Positions 20,644 through 29,707 of a stretch of 47,003 nucleotides of DNA are shown here, piece after piece. Each line of letters opens with the position of its first letter. The stretch's first letter is position 1. The stretch is taken from contig JBBRMQ010000002.1 of the NCBI GenBank assembly GCA_038230775.1, positions 1 to 47,003 of the forward strand, in the 5' to 3' direction. The DNA is from Thermoanaerobaculia bacterium. Its GTDB lineage: Bacteria > Acidobacteriota > Thermoanaerobaculia > Gp7-AA8. The notes under the pieces were generated by a model that had not been told where the DNA came from, did no database searches, and worked only from the letters and a program-made list of their open reading frames with translations. The translations under genes were made by a program, and so were the position numbers.

Positions 20644-21082
20644 CGCCGCTCTGGTGGAGGTCAAGGATCCGGTGCAGATCGCGAACGCGTTCTCTGCGGC
20701 GGCGAAGATCCATGTCGTCAACGTGTGGGCCACGTGGTGCGTGCCCTGCGTGCAGGAGATGGGCGACCTGCGCGCGATCGCCAGCGACCTCGGGCCGCAG
20801 GTTGGTGTGGTCGGTGTGTCGCTGGACGACATGATTCCCGGCGACCGCACGGCGATCAGAGGTCACGTGAGCGAGTTCGTGGTGAAGAACCGCATCGCAT
20901 TTCCCATCGTGTACTACTCGGGCAAGAGCGACGCGCTCGCCGAGTATCTGAAGTTCAGCGGAGAGATCCCGATCACCATCGCATTCGATCGCAACGGAAA
21001 AGAGTTGTGGCGCCGGCAGGGAAGGATCGATCGCCGGGCGACCACGGAGACATTACGCAAACTGCTTCGGAGGAATCCATGA
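20561..21082 (+). CDS. TlpA-family thiol-disulfide oxidoreductase
   Basis: 'VNVWATWCVPCVQEM', 'GVSLDD', 'IPIT'. The signal-like segment requires a start near ATG 20561, overlapping the VWA gene end. Confidence 0.8.
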   Translation: MTARIEPSRWKSTSLALTFALFAASSLNAALVEVKDPVQIANAFSAAAKIHVVNVWATWCVPCVQEMGDLRAIASDLGPQVGVVGVSLDDMIPGDRTAIRGHVSEFVVKNRIAFPIVYYSGKSDALAEYLKFSGEIPITIAFDRNGKELWRRQGRIDRRATTETLRKLLRRNP

Positions 21083-21663
21083 AAAAAACGATGTTCGCAG
21101 TCCTCTCCATCATCGCCCTTGCCGTCACGGCCGAAGAGGTCGGCCTCGGCACCAAGGCGCCGCAGTTCACGCTTGTCAACGCCGTCGACAACCGGAACGT
21201 GTCCTTCAAGCCCGGCGACGGGAAATTGTCGGTCGTCGTGTTCACGTGCAATCAGTGTCCGTATGCCCGTGCGTTCGAGCCGCGCCTCATCGAGATCGGG
21301 AAGCAGTACGCGCCGAGAGGGGTCGCGTTCTACGCGATCGACTCCAACGACGACTCGAAGTACGACGTCGAGACGATGGCGAACATGCGCGACCGCGCGG
21401 TGAAGAACAGCTATCCCTTCCCGTATCTCAAGGATGGCAACAGCGAAATCGCGCGTGCGTATGGCGCCCGCGTGACGCCGCACGTCTTCGTCGTCGACGG
21501 AAAAGGGGTGGTTCGCTATCACGGCTACGTCGATGACAGCGCACGTCCCGAGGAACGCACGAACGCGGGACTGACGAACGCACTCGATGCGCTGCTGGCG
21601 AATCAACCCGTCGCCAACGCGTCGACGAAGGCGTTCGGCTGCAGCATCAAGTGGAAGGGCTGA
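21079..21663 (+). CDS. Exported thioredoxin-like / AhpC-TSA redoxin
   Basis: ATGA overlap, GGAGGA RBS, signal peptide, 'FTCNQCPY', 'YPFPYL.D', 'TPHVFV', 'GCSIKW'. Confidence 0.9.
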   Translation: MKKTMFAVLSIIALAVTAEEVGLGTKAPQFTLVNAVDNRNVSFKPGDGKLSVVVFTCNQCPYARAFEPRLIEIGKQYAPRGVAFYAIDSNDDSKYDVETMANMRDRAVKNSYPFPYLKDGNSEIARAYGARVTPHVFVVDGKGVVRYHGYVDDSARPEERTNAGLTNALDALLANQPVANASTKAFGCSIKWKG

Positions 21664-21702
21664 TTCGCAAGTCGCAAGATCAGAAAGGCAACGGTGTGGT
21701 GG

Positions 21703-21797
21703 TGTCATCCCGAGCGTGCGAGGGACCGGTGTGTGGTGGGCGGGGCGCTGATCGTGCCGCCCGCCCACACCGGTCCCTCGCTACGCTCGGGATGACA
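21703..21797. repeat. Palindromic repeat family A, copy 1
   Basis: TGTCATCCCGAGCG..CGAGGGACCGGTGTG...CACACCGGTCCCTCG..CGCTCGGGATGACA long hairpin; homologues at 27610, 31160 and 37340. Confidence 0.9.
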
Positions 21798-21811
21798 AAG
21801 CGGCGCGGCCT

Positions 21812-21939
21812 TAGGAAGCCCTGAGCAAGTGCGAGAACCCCTAACCCGGCCACCACCTATGTTGCCCTTCTCCCCGCGTGCGGGGAGAAGGTGCCCGAAG
21901 GGCGGATGAGGGGCGCTCGGCTTGTGCAGAGGTTCCCTA
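21812..21939. mobile_element. MITE-like family B, copy 1 (internally deleted)
   Basis: TA-GGAAG...TTCCC-TA ends; shares 'GCAAGTGCGAGAA' and 'GGGGAGAAGGTGCCCGAAGGGCGGATGAGGGGCG' with copies 2 and 3; its right end is the TAG stop of the lytic transglycosylase gene. Confidence 0.8.
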
Positions 21940-24210
21940 CTTCGTCAGCCGCTTATACGACGCGCCTAACATGTTCACGCGCTTGACGTAGTTGCGTGTT
22001 TCGGGAAACGGGATCGACTCGATGAACTCGTCCATCGGCCGGCCCGGCGCGCCGCGGCGCCAGCGCATGACATTTCCCTGTCCCGCGTTGTAGGACGCGA
22101 TCGCCAGGTTCGTCGTGCCGCCGAACATGTTCACGAGCAGCTTGAAGTAATACGTGCCCAGCTTGACGTTTGTGATCGGATCTTCGAGGTTGGCGGACGT
22201 GTGAAGGCGCTTCGCGATCTCTTTGCCGGTTGGCGGCATCAGCTGCATCAGTCCCGTCGCGCCGACTGCGGATCGCGCCTTCGGGTTGTAGTAGCTCTCC
22301 TGATGGATGAGGCCCATGATCACGTACGGGTCGACGCCATTCTTCTTTGCGTCTTTGATGATCTCGTCGTGGTAGCGCGTCGGGTAGTACATCCGAAGAA
22401 AGTAGGACGGCACCGCGTCCTGCTCGACGGTCGCCAGCTTCGGAAACGCGCGCCGCAGCGATCGCATCATGAGAAGGGTGTCGCCGCTGCTGTTGTACAG
22501 ATCGCCCATCAGCGCGTCGGCGTAGGGCTGGTTGCTGCGCTTGATGTTTTTTTGGATCTCCAGTCGCGCGTCGCGGTAGTCGGTGAGCGCGGTGAGCTCG
22601 TAGCCGAGTCGCAGCTCCGGCGGAATCTCCCGCTCGGCGATTTCGCTCCAGTCGGGGCGCTTCTCCTTCAACGGATTCGTCGCCAGCTCCTGACGAGTCG
22701 CACCGCGCGCCGCTGAGTTCACCGCGTAGACGTCCGCGTACGGCGCCGACGCCAGCTCGCGATAAATACTCGCCGCCTCGTCTTTCCGGCCGAGGCGCTC
22801 GATCGATCGGGCGTACCAGTATTGGGCCTGGCGGCGGACATTCGGGTTGCGGTAGGTCTCGCGCACGAACGTCATCGTGTCGATCGCGCCGTCCAGATCA
22901 CCGCGTGAATAGGCGGCCCATGCCTTGTCCCAGAAATGCTGCAGCCCTGCTTCCTGCGACGCGTCGATTTTGGCCAGAGCCGTGACCAGCTCGCGCTCGT
23001 AATCGTCCTGATTCTTCGCCTCGGCAATCTGAACGAGAGAGTTCAAGACCTCGATCCGCACTGCGGCTGCGAGCGGCAGCGACAACAGATCCTTCAAACG
23101 TTCGACGGAGAGCCGGTCGTACGATTCCTTCTTCGCCTTTTTCGCCAGGTCCACGAGCTGGATGTTCTTCTTCACGTTGGCGAACTTCGGTTTGGTCGTC
23201 GCCTTCTTCTTTCCTTTGGCCTTGACCTTGATCGTCCCGACTTGCTGGCGCACGACGATCGTCTTCATCACCATCGGGTTGATCGAATTCGAAAGCAGGC
23301 GATAGTTTTTCGACGCGGTGTAAATCGCCGGGATGGCGAACTTGTAATACCCCGATGCCAGCGGCTCGAGCAGGCGGTTCGAGTCCTCGTAATGCCGCAC
23401 CTGATTGAGCGCCAGGCCGCGATTGAGCTCGACCGGCGCGCGCAGATCGGAGGACACGCCTGCCGCGTCGAGCGCATTGAGTTCATCGAGCGCATGGCGC
23501 GGATCGCCATCCCGCATCAAGGCGACGGCGCGTTGCAGCCGCTCCGCTTCGGTCAGGGAAACCGGCCCGCTGGATGGAGTGCCCGTCAATGCGCGCACGA
23601 TCTCGATGGCGTTCGAAGCCTGCGAAGCGCGGGGACTGCGGATTGCAATCTGTCGCGCGTGATCGAGCATCGCGGCAAGGTCGCCTTCGACGAAGCGTGT
23701 CTGGATCACCTGCCAGCGCGCGTTCGCGGCGACGGCTGAAGCATCGCTCCGCGACGCGATTCCTTCTGCGACCTCGGAGGCGTGACGATGGTCGCCGGCG
23801 TCTGCATACATCGACGACAGGCGCATGCCCGCGTCGTCCCATCCTACGAGTTGCGGTGATCGAGCCCATAGTCCTGCCAGCGTCGCACGCGCAGCGGTGA
23901 CGTCGCCGGCCGCCTGATGGGCCTGCGCGAGGAAGTACAACCGGTACTCTTCGACCGCGCGGCCGCGAAACGAAAACGATCGGAATTGCCTGACCGCTCC
24001 CGCTCCGTCTCCGCGACGCAGGGCATCGACTCCGGCCACAAAAACCGCGCGCAACTTTTCAAGATCCGGAGGCGCCTCTGGTTTTGGCGGAACGATCACC
24101 GTCTCGCGTTGCATGAACGACGGACGCCACACGAAGGTCGCAACACCCGCGATGGCGATCGCGACGACCGCTGCAATGCCCGCGATGATCCAGCGGCGAC
24201 GGGCGCTCAT
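21937..24210 (-). CDS. Membrane-anchored lytic transglycosylase (Slt-like) with TPR-like helical region
   Basis: N-terminal TM; SLT motifs 'IHQES', 'AVGATGLMQLMP', 'SYNAGQG', 'IPFPETRNYVKRV'. Confidence 0.92.
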   Translation of the reverse strand: MSARRRWIIAGIAAVVAIAIAGVATFVWRPSFMQRETVIVPPKPEAPPDLEKLRAVFVAGVDALRRGDGAGAVRQFRSFSFRGRAVEEYRLYFLAQAHQAAGDVTAARATLAGLWARSPQLVGWDDAGMRLSSMYADAGDHRHASEVAEGIASRSDASAVAANARWQVIQTRFVEGDLAAMLDHARQIAIRSPRASQASNAIEIVRALTGTPSSGPVSLTEAERLQRAVALMRDGDPRHALDELNALDAAGVSSDLRAPVELNRGLALNQVRHYEDSNRLLEPLASGYYKFAIPAIYTASKNYRLLSNSINPMVMKTIVVRQQVGTIKVKAKGKKKATTKPKFANVKKNIQLVDLAKKAKKESYDRLSVERLKDLLSLPLAAAVRIEVLNSLVQIAEAKNQDDYERELVTALAKIDASQEAGLQHFWDKAWAAYSRGDLDGAIDTMTFVRETYRNPNVRRQAQYWYARSIERLGRKDEAASIYRELASAPYADVYAVNSAARGATRQELATNPLKEKRPDWSEIAEREIPPELRLGYELTALTDYRDARLEIQKNIKRSNQPYADALMGDLYNSSGDTLLMMRSLRRAFPKLATVEQDAVPSYFLRMYYPTRYHDEIIKDAKKNGVDPYVIMGLIHQESYYNPKARSAVGATGLMQLMPPTGKEIAKRLHTSANLEDPITNVKLGTYYFKLLVNMFGGTTNLAIASYNAGQGNVMRWRRGAPGRPMDEFIESIPFPETRNYVKRVNMLGASYKRLTK

Positions 24211-24238
24211 GCCGCGACCGCTGCGAAAAGCAAGCCGC

Positions 24239-24405
24239 TAGGAAGGCTCTGCACGAGTGCAGGCGCCCCTCATCCGCCCTTCGGGCACCTTCTCCCCGCA
24301 CGCGGAGAAGGGCAATGTAGAGTGGTGGTCCCTCGCCCCGCTTGCGGGGAGAGGGTGCCCGAAGGCCGAGTGAGGGGCTTCTCGCACTTGCGAAGAGCTT
24401 CCCTA
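24239..24405. mobile_element. MITE-like family B, copy 2 (opposite orientation)
   Basis: Imperfect TIRs TAGGAAGGCTCT / AGAGCTTCCCTA, CTAG at both ends, two internal GC-rich hairpins; its right end is the TAG stop of the 24403-25773 gene. Confidence 0.85.
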
Positions 24406-25773
24406 GAGTCCGAGAGCGCCGGTGTCGCCGTCCGCCAGAATCCGGACCAGCTCATCGTAGAAGTAATTCGAGCCCTTCCTCACATCCTCGGAAATGCGCT
24501 CGTCGTACATCTGACGGCTGCGGTCGATGTCTTCCTTCAGCCGTTCGTAGAGGTCCTTGTTCTTGCGGCCCGCGTCGACTTTCGGCTCGTTATACAGCTT
24601 GATCTCCGATACGAGCAGGCGCGCGAAGCGGCGAGCTTCGTCGTGTTTCTTGGTTTCTTCAGTGGCCGGTGTCGAGGCGGCGGAGGCGCGGTTGACGCCG
24701 CTCGGCGGCACGTATTGCGTTGTCGCACGTTCGTCTCCACCGAGGGCGGACGGTGGCGATGCGGGACGCGGGATTTCGACGGGAGGACGGACGGGGCGGA
24801 CTTGCGGAGGCGCGGGCGTCGGATTCGCCGCAGTGAGCGCGTCCCGGATCTGCGTCGCCGAGATCGCAACGGTCGCGCCGCCCGCGGGAGCCGCAGCAGC
24901 GGGTTTGGGCGCTGCGGGTGCCTGTGCGGGGCGGGGCGCCGGGACGGGTCGTGGTGGGGGCGGCGGAGGCGCGGCGGCCACGACCGGTGGCGGCGCACTG
25001 GAGACCGTCTCTGCGGAGTCGCCGGCCTCGGTGAGGCTGGGCGAAGGAATCTTCTTCCGGATCGCGAGCGTGTCGATGAGCAGGCCCGTCGCAAACACGA
25101 GGATCTCCAGTGCCGGGATGTCGAGCTTGGACAGGTCGCCGCCGACGGCGTCGACGTAAACCGCCGCCGCGACCTTGTCCTTGATCACCATCGGGACGAG
25201 CACAGCTTTTTCGGACGCGCTGACGCCGAGCCGCGTCGAGAGGTTCGCTCCGTCCCAGATGACCACGCGTTCCTGGCGAAGGACGTCGTCGAGCTCGGGC
25301 AACAGTCCGGGCGCGGCGTTGAATCGCTTGACCGACTCGTCGTTGCCGCCATGATCGGAAAAGCCGATGCCCTTCCAACCGCTGAATGTCTCGCCGCGAA
25401 GAATCAGGAGAGCGGCGCGGGAGCCGAACGCCAGCGCCTGTTCGAGCAGGGCGTTGAGAACGTCGACTTGCGATTTGCCCCGCTCGACGGCTTGCAACGC
25501 ATGTTTGAGTTGTCCTGCATTCGCGGCGGCAACGGGCGCTGCGACGACCGGCGCCGGCGCTTCGCCGAGACCGCCGATCGATTTCTTGATGTGGGGAAGG
25601 AACGAAAGACCGTTGACGTCGGCCTGCATGCTCTGGAGCGCGGCCTTGAGCTGCGAGTTGACGGCCTCGCGGACATCCTCGATCGAGGAACGCATCTCCC
25701 CGACCATTTTTTCGATGCCTTCGCGCACGTGTGCGTCGATCGCACCCGCGACTTCGTCACCCCTCACAGCCAT
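24403..25773 (-). CDS. Conserved hypothetical protein: coiled coil, GAF-like domain, Pro/Ala linker, C-terminal 'ARRFARLLVSEIKLYN' domain
   Basis: GGAGG RBS; GAF-like 'AVLVPMVIKDKVAAAVYVD'; ordered helical C-terminal domain. Confidence 0.8.
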   Translation of the reverse strand: MAVRGDEVAGAIDAHVREGIEKMVGEMRSSIEDVREAVNSQLKAALQSMQADVNGLSFLPHIKKSIGGLGEAPAPVVAAPVAAANAGQLKHALQAVERGKSQVDVLNALLEQALAFGSRAALLILRGETFSGWKGIGFSDHGGNDESVKRFNAAPGLLPELDDVLRQERVVIWDGANLSTRLGVSASEKAVLVPMVIKDKVAAAVYVDAVGGDLSKLDIPALEILVFATGLLIDTLAIRKKIPSPSLTEAGDSAETVSSAPPPVVAAAPPPPPPRPVPAPRPAQAPAAPKPAAAAPAGGATVAISATQIRDALTAANPTPAPPQVRPVRPPVEIPRPASPPSALGGDERATTQYVPPSGVNRASAASTPATEETKKHDEARRFARLLVSEIKLYNEPKVDAGRKNKDLYERLKEDIDRSRQMYDERISEDVRKGSNYFYDELVRILADGDTGALGL

Positions 25774-25858
25774 AAAACCTCCAAATCCTGTGGGTTGAGG
25801 CGCTTCAACGGAACCCGCCCGATTATATCGCAGTCACGATGTGCTACTTTGTCTGGAG

Positions 25859-26464
25859 ATGCGCCGGTGCATCGCACTCCTCACGCTCCTCGCCGCCTCG
25901 TGCGGCGCAAATGATGGCCCCGATCACTCCGTGGAGTGGCTGCGCGTCCTGAATCGAAAGAAGGCTGCGGTCACCTCCACAGCGAGCCAGGTTCAGAAGC
26001 AGGTCTACGCCGATACGCTCGCCGCGTTCGTCGACACCCACCCGACGCACGGACGTGCCCGCGAGGTCTATCAACATCTTCAGCTCGATTTCGCCCGCGA
26101 GCTGCTGACGCTGGGCCGCTATCGCGACGCCATCCGCTTCTATCGTGCCGTTCTCTCGCACGACCCGCACAACGCCGAGGCGCTGCGCGGCATCTCGACC
26201 GCGGTCGATCATCTGGCCGTCTCGCACGACAAGCTGCTCGCGTTGCAGAAAGGCATGTCGCAACACGATGTCGTTCAGCTTCTCGGCAAGCCGATCCCGG
26301 GATGGTCGGTGCGCACCGAGCGCCGCGACTCGGTCGTCGAGTCGTGGTACTACCGAAAGAACGATGGCGGCGTCGCCGGCGTCTACTTCCGCGACGGCGA
26401 GTTGTTCGCAGCCGAAGAGAACTCCGAAGCGAAGGTCGTTCCGCTCACGCACAGACTCGATTAG
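25859..26464 (+). CDS. Lipoprotein with TPR and SmpA/OmlA (BamE-like) domains
   Basis: Lipobox 'LAASC'; TPR 'LGRYRDAIRFYRAVLSHDPHNAEA'; 'LQKGMSQHDVVQLLGKP...WYY'. Confidence 0.75.
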   Translation: MRRCIALLTLLAASCGANDGPDHSVEWLRVLNRKKAAVTSTASQVQKQVYADTLAAFVDTHPTHGRAREVYQHLQLDFARELLTLGRYRDAIRFYRAVLSHDPHNAEALRGISTAVDHLAVSHDKLLALQKGMSQHDVVQLLGKPIPGWSVRTERRDSVVESWYYRKNDGGVAGVYFRDGELFAAEENSEAKVVPLTHRLD

Positions 26465-26516
26465 CGCGGAATCGCCCTCGCGCAGGCCCTGTTGCGATAA
26501 CCGAGAGAGAGATCGG

Positions 26517-26879
26517 ATGCCACTGTACGAGTACAAGTGCGTGAAGTGCGGCGAACGTGTGGAGATCATCCAACGCTTGTCCGATCCGCCGTATTCGATC
26601 TGTCCGAAGTGCGCCGGCGACATGCAGAAGCAGTTCTCGTCGCCGGCCATTCAGTTCAAGGGATCGGGCTTCTACAAGACCGATTACGCCAAGAAGAGCT
26701 CGAGCGGCGGCTCGGGCAAGTCGTCCGACACCAAGAGCGAATCCAACAGCGAATCCAACAGCGAATCCAAGAGCGAATCCAAGAGCGAATCCAAGAGCGA
26801 GACGAAGAGTGACACAGGCGGCGGCAGCAGCAACAGCGGAAGCAGTTCTGACAGCGGCGGAACCAAGTCCGCGGATTGA
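26517..26879 (+). CDS. FmdB-family zinc-ribbon protein with Ser-rich tail
   Basis: 'MPLYEYKCVKCG...CPKC...FKGSGFYKTDY'; start ATG 26517 within the longer track ORF. Confidence 0.92.
   Translation: MPLYEYKCVKCGERVEIIQRLSDPPYSICPKCAGDMQKQFSSPAIQFKGSGFYKTDYAKKSSSGGSGKSSDTKSESNSESNSESKSESKSESKSETKSDTGGGSSNSGSSSDSGGTKSAD
26731..26802 (+). repeat. 12-bp coding tandem repeat CCAA(G/C)AGCGAAT, about 6 copies
   Basis: Read directly; encodes (K/N)SES repeats in the FmdB tail. Confidence 0.9.
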
Positions 26880-26883
26880 TGCG

Positions 26884-27522
26884 ATGGGCAGAGTACGCCG
26901 GCTGAAGAAACGCGCCGACTCCGTACTGGAGGAAGTCTTCCGGTCGCTCTTCGAAGAGATCAACACGGAGAAAATCCGCCGCGACGTGCTGGCTCTGAAG
27001 GCGAAGGCGCCCGGCTTCGCGCCCGCGGATCACGCGCACATGCTGGTGCGCCGGACCGCGATCCGCTGCGCGGCGGCCGGTGCGGTCACCGGGCTTCCCA
27101 GCGGCCTGATCGCGATCGGAACGCTCGGCGCCGACCTCGCCTACCTCATGTACCAGCAGTTCCGCCTCATCCTCGGCATCGCCACGATCTATGGCCAGGA
27201 GCCGTCGCATCGCGAGCGGTTTCATGAAGCGATGTCGTGCCTCGCGTTCGCGTCGGGTGTCGGGATCGGCAAACAGGGAATCGCCACGGTACTGGAGTCC
27301 GCGAGTGCGGAAGGCGGCCTCGTTGCCGAGAAGATCGGAAGCCGCTTCATTCGCGATCGGTTCGCCAAGGTCGTTCCGTTCGTCGGCGCGCTATCCGGCG
27401 GCGCACTGAATTTCGTGTCGGTTCGCGCGGTCGGAAGAACGGCGATCCGCTACTACGAGTCACGCGTCGAGCCGGACCTTGCCGAGGAGATCTGGGCGGA
27501 CGGCGACCGCGAGCACGCCTAG
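26884..27522 (+). CDS. EcsC-like family protein
   Basis: Start ATG 26884; 'GAVTGLP', 'ADL', 'IATIYG', 'KVVPFVGALSGGALN...VGRTAIRYY'. Confidence 0.78.
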   Translation: MGRVRRLKKRADSVLEEVFRSLFEEINTEKIRRDVLALKAKAPGFAPADHAHMLVRRTAIRCAAAGAVTGLPSGLIAIGTLGADLAYLMYQQFRLILGIATIYGQEPSHRERFHEAMSCLAFASGVGIGKQGIATVLESASAEGGLVAEKIGSRFIRDRFAKVVPFVGALSGGALNFVSVRAVGRTAIRYYESRVEPDLAEEIWADGDREHA

Positions 27523-27785
27523 TGTCCTGAGTCAGAGATTCGTGGCATTTCGCTGCGGGCAGGACAGCCTCGCCGAGGCTCGCGGATCACAACCGCCCAG
27601 TTGCCGTCATGTCATCCCGACGCTGAGCGAAGCGAAGGGGAGGAACCGGTGTGGGCGGGCGGCGCGTTCATCGTCCCGCCCACCCACACCAGTCCCTCGC
27701 TACGTTCGGGATGACATTGATTTCCTGATCCCGCGTCGCAAGCTCCTCGGGCGAAATGCCACGAATCTCTGACTCAGGACACTAG
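27519..27785. mobile_element. MITE family D with perfect 35-bp terminal inverted repeats
   Basis: CTAGTGTCCTGAGTCAGAGATTCGTGGCATTTCGC (27519-27553) is exactly inverted at 27751-27785; no transposase; the left CTAG includes the EcsC-like stop codon. Confidence 0.9.
27610..27716. repeat. Palindromic repeat family A, copy 2 (nested in MITE D)
   Basis: TGTCATCCCGA...GGAACCGGTGTGGGCGGGCGGCGC...CCCACACCAGTCCCTCGCTACGTTCGGGATGACA. Confidence 0.88.
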
Positions 27786-27837
27786 CCTGCAGGCCGGAAT
27801 TGATCGCGCGGGGCCGGCGTTTCCCCGCGTGATCCGA

Positions 27838-28143
27838 ATGCCAAAGTTCGCCGCTGAGCTCACATCCGACTCACCATCCGCGTTCGTCGAACGGCGGAAG
27901 ATGCGCCGGATCCGCATGATCGTCGAGCTGACGCACAATCTCATCAGCAGCGACATGACCGTTTCGCATCGTGAGGCACGCTGTCTCGTCGATTGCGCGC
28001 GCAAGGCGATCCTCGAGCTGCATGCCGAGTTCGGCGATCGTTACGAGCGCATCGTCCGGCCGCACTTCGAGCGCGTTCTCGCCAGCCGCTGGCCGGGCGA
28101 GCAGTCGCTCAAAGATTGTGACTGCGACGGCGTCGTCAACTAA
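27838..28143 (+). CDS. Small conserved-looking helical hypothetical protein
   Basis: Typical codon usage; 'RRIRMIVEL..NLI....EAR.LV..ARKAIL......YERIVRPHFERVL..RW' pattern. Start ATG 27838 or GTG 27829. Confidence 0.65.
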   Translation: MPKFAAELTSDSPSAFVERRKMRRIRMIVELTHNLISSDMTVSHREARCLVDCARKAILELHAEFGDRYERIVRPHFERVLASRWPGEQSLKDCDCDGVVN

Positions 28144-29678
28144 TCCTTCGCGCCTTCCGCCAGCGCGTTCACCACTCTCGTGTTCCCCAGTTCGTGCCGC
28201 GCACGCTCGATCTCCGCACGCGCACCGGCGCGAAACTCCGCGGTGAGGTATCCGATGAACGGGTCATCGGGAACGAGATAGCGATACTCGATCTTCTCGA
28301 TGATTGCGGGCGGGAACGCCGCGCGCCTGGCGAAGATCATCGCCGCATCGTCGAATGCGATGAGTGCCCAGTCGCGGCGACGATAGTGAACGAGTGAAGG
28401 CGGGAGATACCGCCGTTCTCCCGATGCCACGTCGACGACTTCGACGCGATCGGTTGCGTACTCGTCGACGGCGAGGTCGACGTTGTATTGCTTCATCATT
28501 GCGTGCCACGCGCGGCTGTCGTGCCGCGCCTTCGCATCCAGCGCGATGAAGTCGCGAAACAGTTCGTTGCGCCCATCGGTGACGACGCGCCGCTGAGGAT
28601 AGAACGTCCACTCGAGATATCCGCCGAACTGATCGACGTTGTAGATGTTGCCCTTCAGGCCCGTGGACTGCAGTCGCGCGACGGCGCGCACCGGAAAGCG
28701 CTCGGCGTCCACTCCTGCGGTGCGGTCGCTGTGAAACAAAGCGATCGGAACGAGCGCGACGAGCGCGAAGATTCGCGAGGTGCGTTCCTTCACGCGGATT
28801 CGCGGGATCAACAGCGCCAGGGGCGCAAAGTACAAGCCCTGGTTTCGCACATGTTGAACCGCGAGAACCGCGAGGCCGAGAAACACGACGATGCGCCAGA
28901 GGTCTTCGCGCTTTGGGCGAACGAAGAGGTTGAGGACGATGACGGCCGCGATCGTCGCGAAGAAGAGCGGCCACTTGTCGGGCGCGCTCGGTACCCATTC
29001 GGCGTTGACGAACTCGCCGCTGTTGACGAGTTGCGTCAGGCGAAGCGGCGCGACCACCGCGTTCCAGCCGAACGGATTGACGAGAAGCGCAATCGCGCTG
29101 ACGACCGGAATCGGCCATCGCCGCCAATCCGTGATCAACGTCGCCGCGGCGATGAGTGGCGCCAGCAGCGCCGATGGATGCGTGTTGATCCACACCATGG
29201 TCACCAGCGCATAAACGATCGCCTGCGCACGCAGTGAGAGAGGCAGCTCCAGCACGCCGATCGCGAGCACGATGAGAAACGCAGCCGCCGCGGCGGGACG
29301 GATGCCGAGGAGCGGTGCGCCGCCGGCGAAGGCGATGGCGGTGGCGAACATCGCCACGCCGAAGGATCGCTGGCGGCTCGAAAACCAGAACGCAAGGGTG
29401 AAGAGCGCACCGACGAACACCGCGTTGATCCACGAAACGCCGCGAAGGCCTGCGATGCGCTGCGCCCCGTACAGCGCGACTTCGTAGAGCCACTCGCCGT
29501 TGACCCAGGGCACGTGAACGGCGGCCAGCGTGAACGGATCGAACTGCGGCAGAGCATGATGGTCGACGATCCAGTGGCCGGTGGCGAGGTGCCAGAAAAA
29601 GTCGTAGCTGCGGATCGGGCCGACGGCCTGAATCGCGATGAGAACGCAGATCGCCATCGCCGCGAATCGCCGCGCCAT
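28140..29678 (-). CDS. Polytopic membrane protein, 'DxxWHLxxG' family (possible GT-C-like glycosyltransferase)
   Basis: 'DFFWHLATGHWIV', 'DPFT', 'EWL', 'WINTHPS', 'EW', 'GGYL.W', 'DGR'. ATG 29678 is preferred because the track start lies inside MITE B3. Confidence 0.75.
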   Translation of the reverse strand: MARRFAAMAICVLIAIQAVGPIRSYDFFWHLATGHWIVDHHALPQFDPFTLAAVHVPWVNGEWLYEVALYGAQRIAGLRGVSWINAVFVGALFTLAFWFSSRQRSFGVAMFATAIAFAGGAPLLGIRPAAAAAFLIVLAIGVLELPLSLRAQAIVYALVTMVWINTHPSALLAPLIAAATLITDWRRWPIPVVSAIALLVNPFGWNAVVAPLRLTQLVNSGEFVNAEWVPSAPDKWPLFFATIAAVIVLNLFVRPKREDLWRIVVFLGLAVLAVQHVRNQGLYFAPLALLIPRIRVKERTSRIFALVALVPIALFHSDRTAGVDAERFPVRAVARLQSTGLKGNIYNVDQFGGYLEWTFYPQRRVVTDGRNELFRDFIALDAKARHDSRAWHAMMKQYNVDLAVDEYATDRVEVVDVASGERRYLPPSLVHYRRRDWALIAFDDAAMIFARRAAFPPAIIEKIEYRYLVPDDPFIGYLTAEFRAGARAEIERARHELGNTRVVNALAEGAKD

Positions 29679-29707
29679 TTGAAGAGCGAGTATAGGGTGT
29701 CGGGTTT

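Noticed and set aside
23917-25914. Long antisense or alternate-frame ORFs (also 8946-10517, 10384-11844, 19216-20850, 36049-37326, 38568-40181, 40270-41757)
   Set aside because: Arg/Ala/Pro-rich shadow ORFs expected in GC-rich DNA; no motifs; they overlap confident genes.
26731-26802. 12-bp tandem repeat as a phase-variation switch
   Set aside because: The unit is in frame and lies in the low-complexity tail usual for FmdB proteins.
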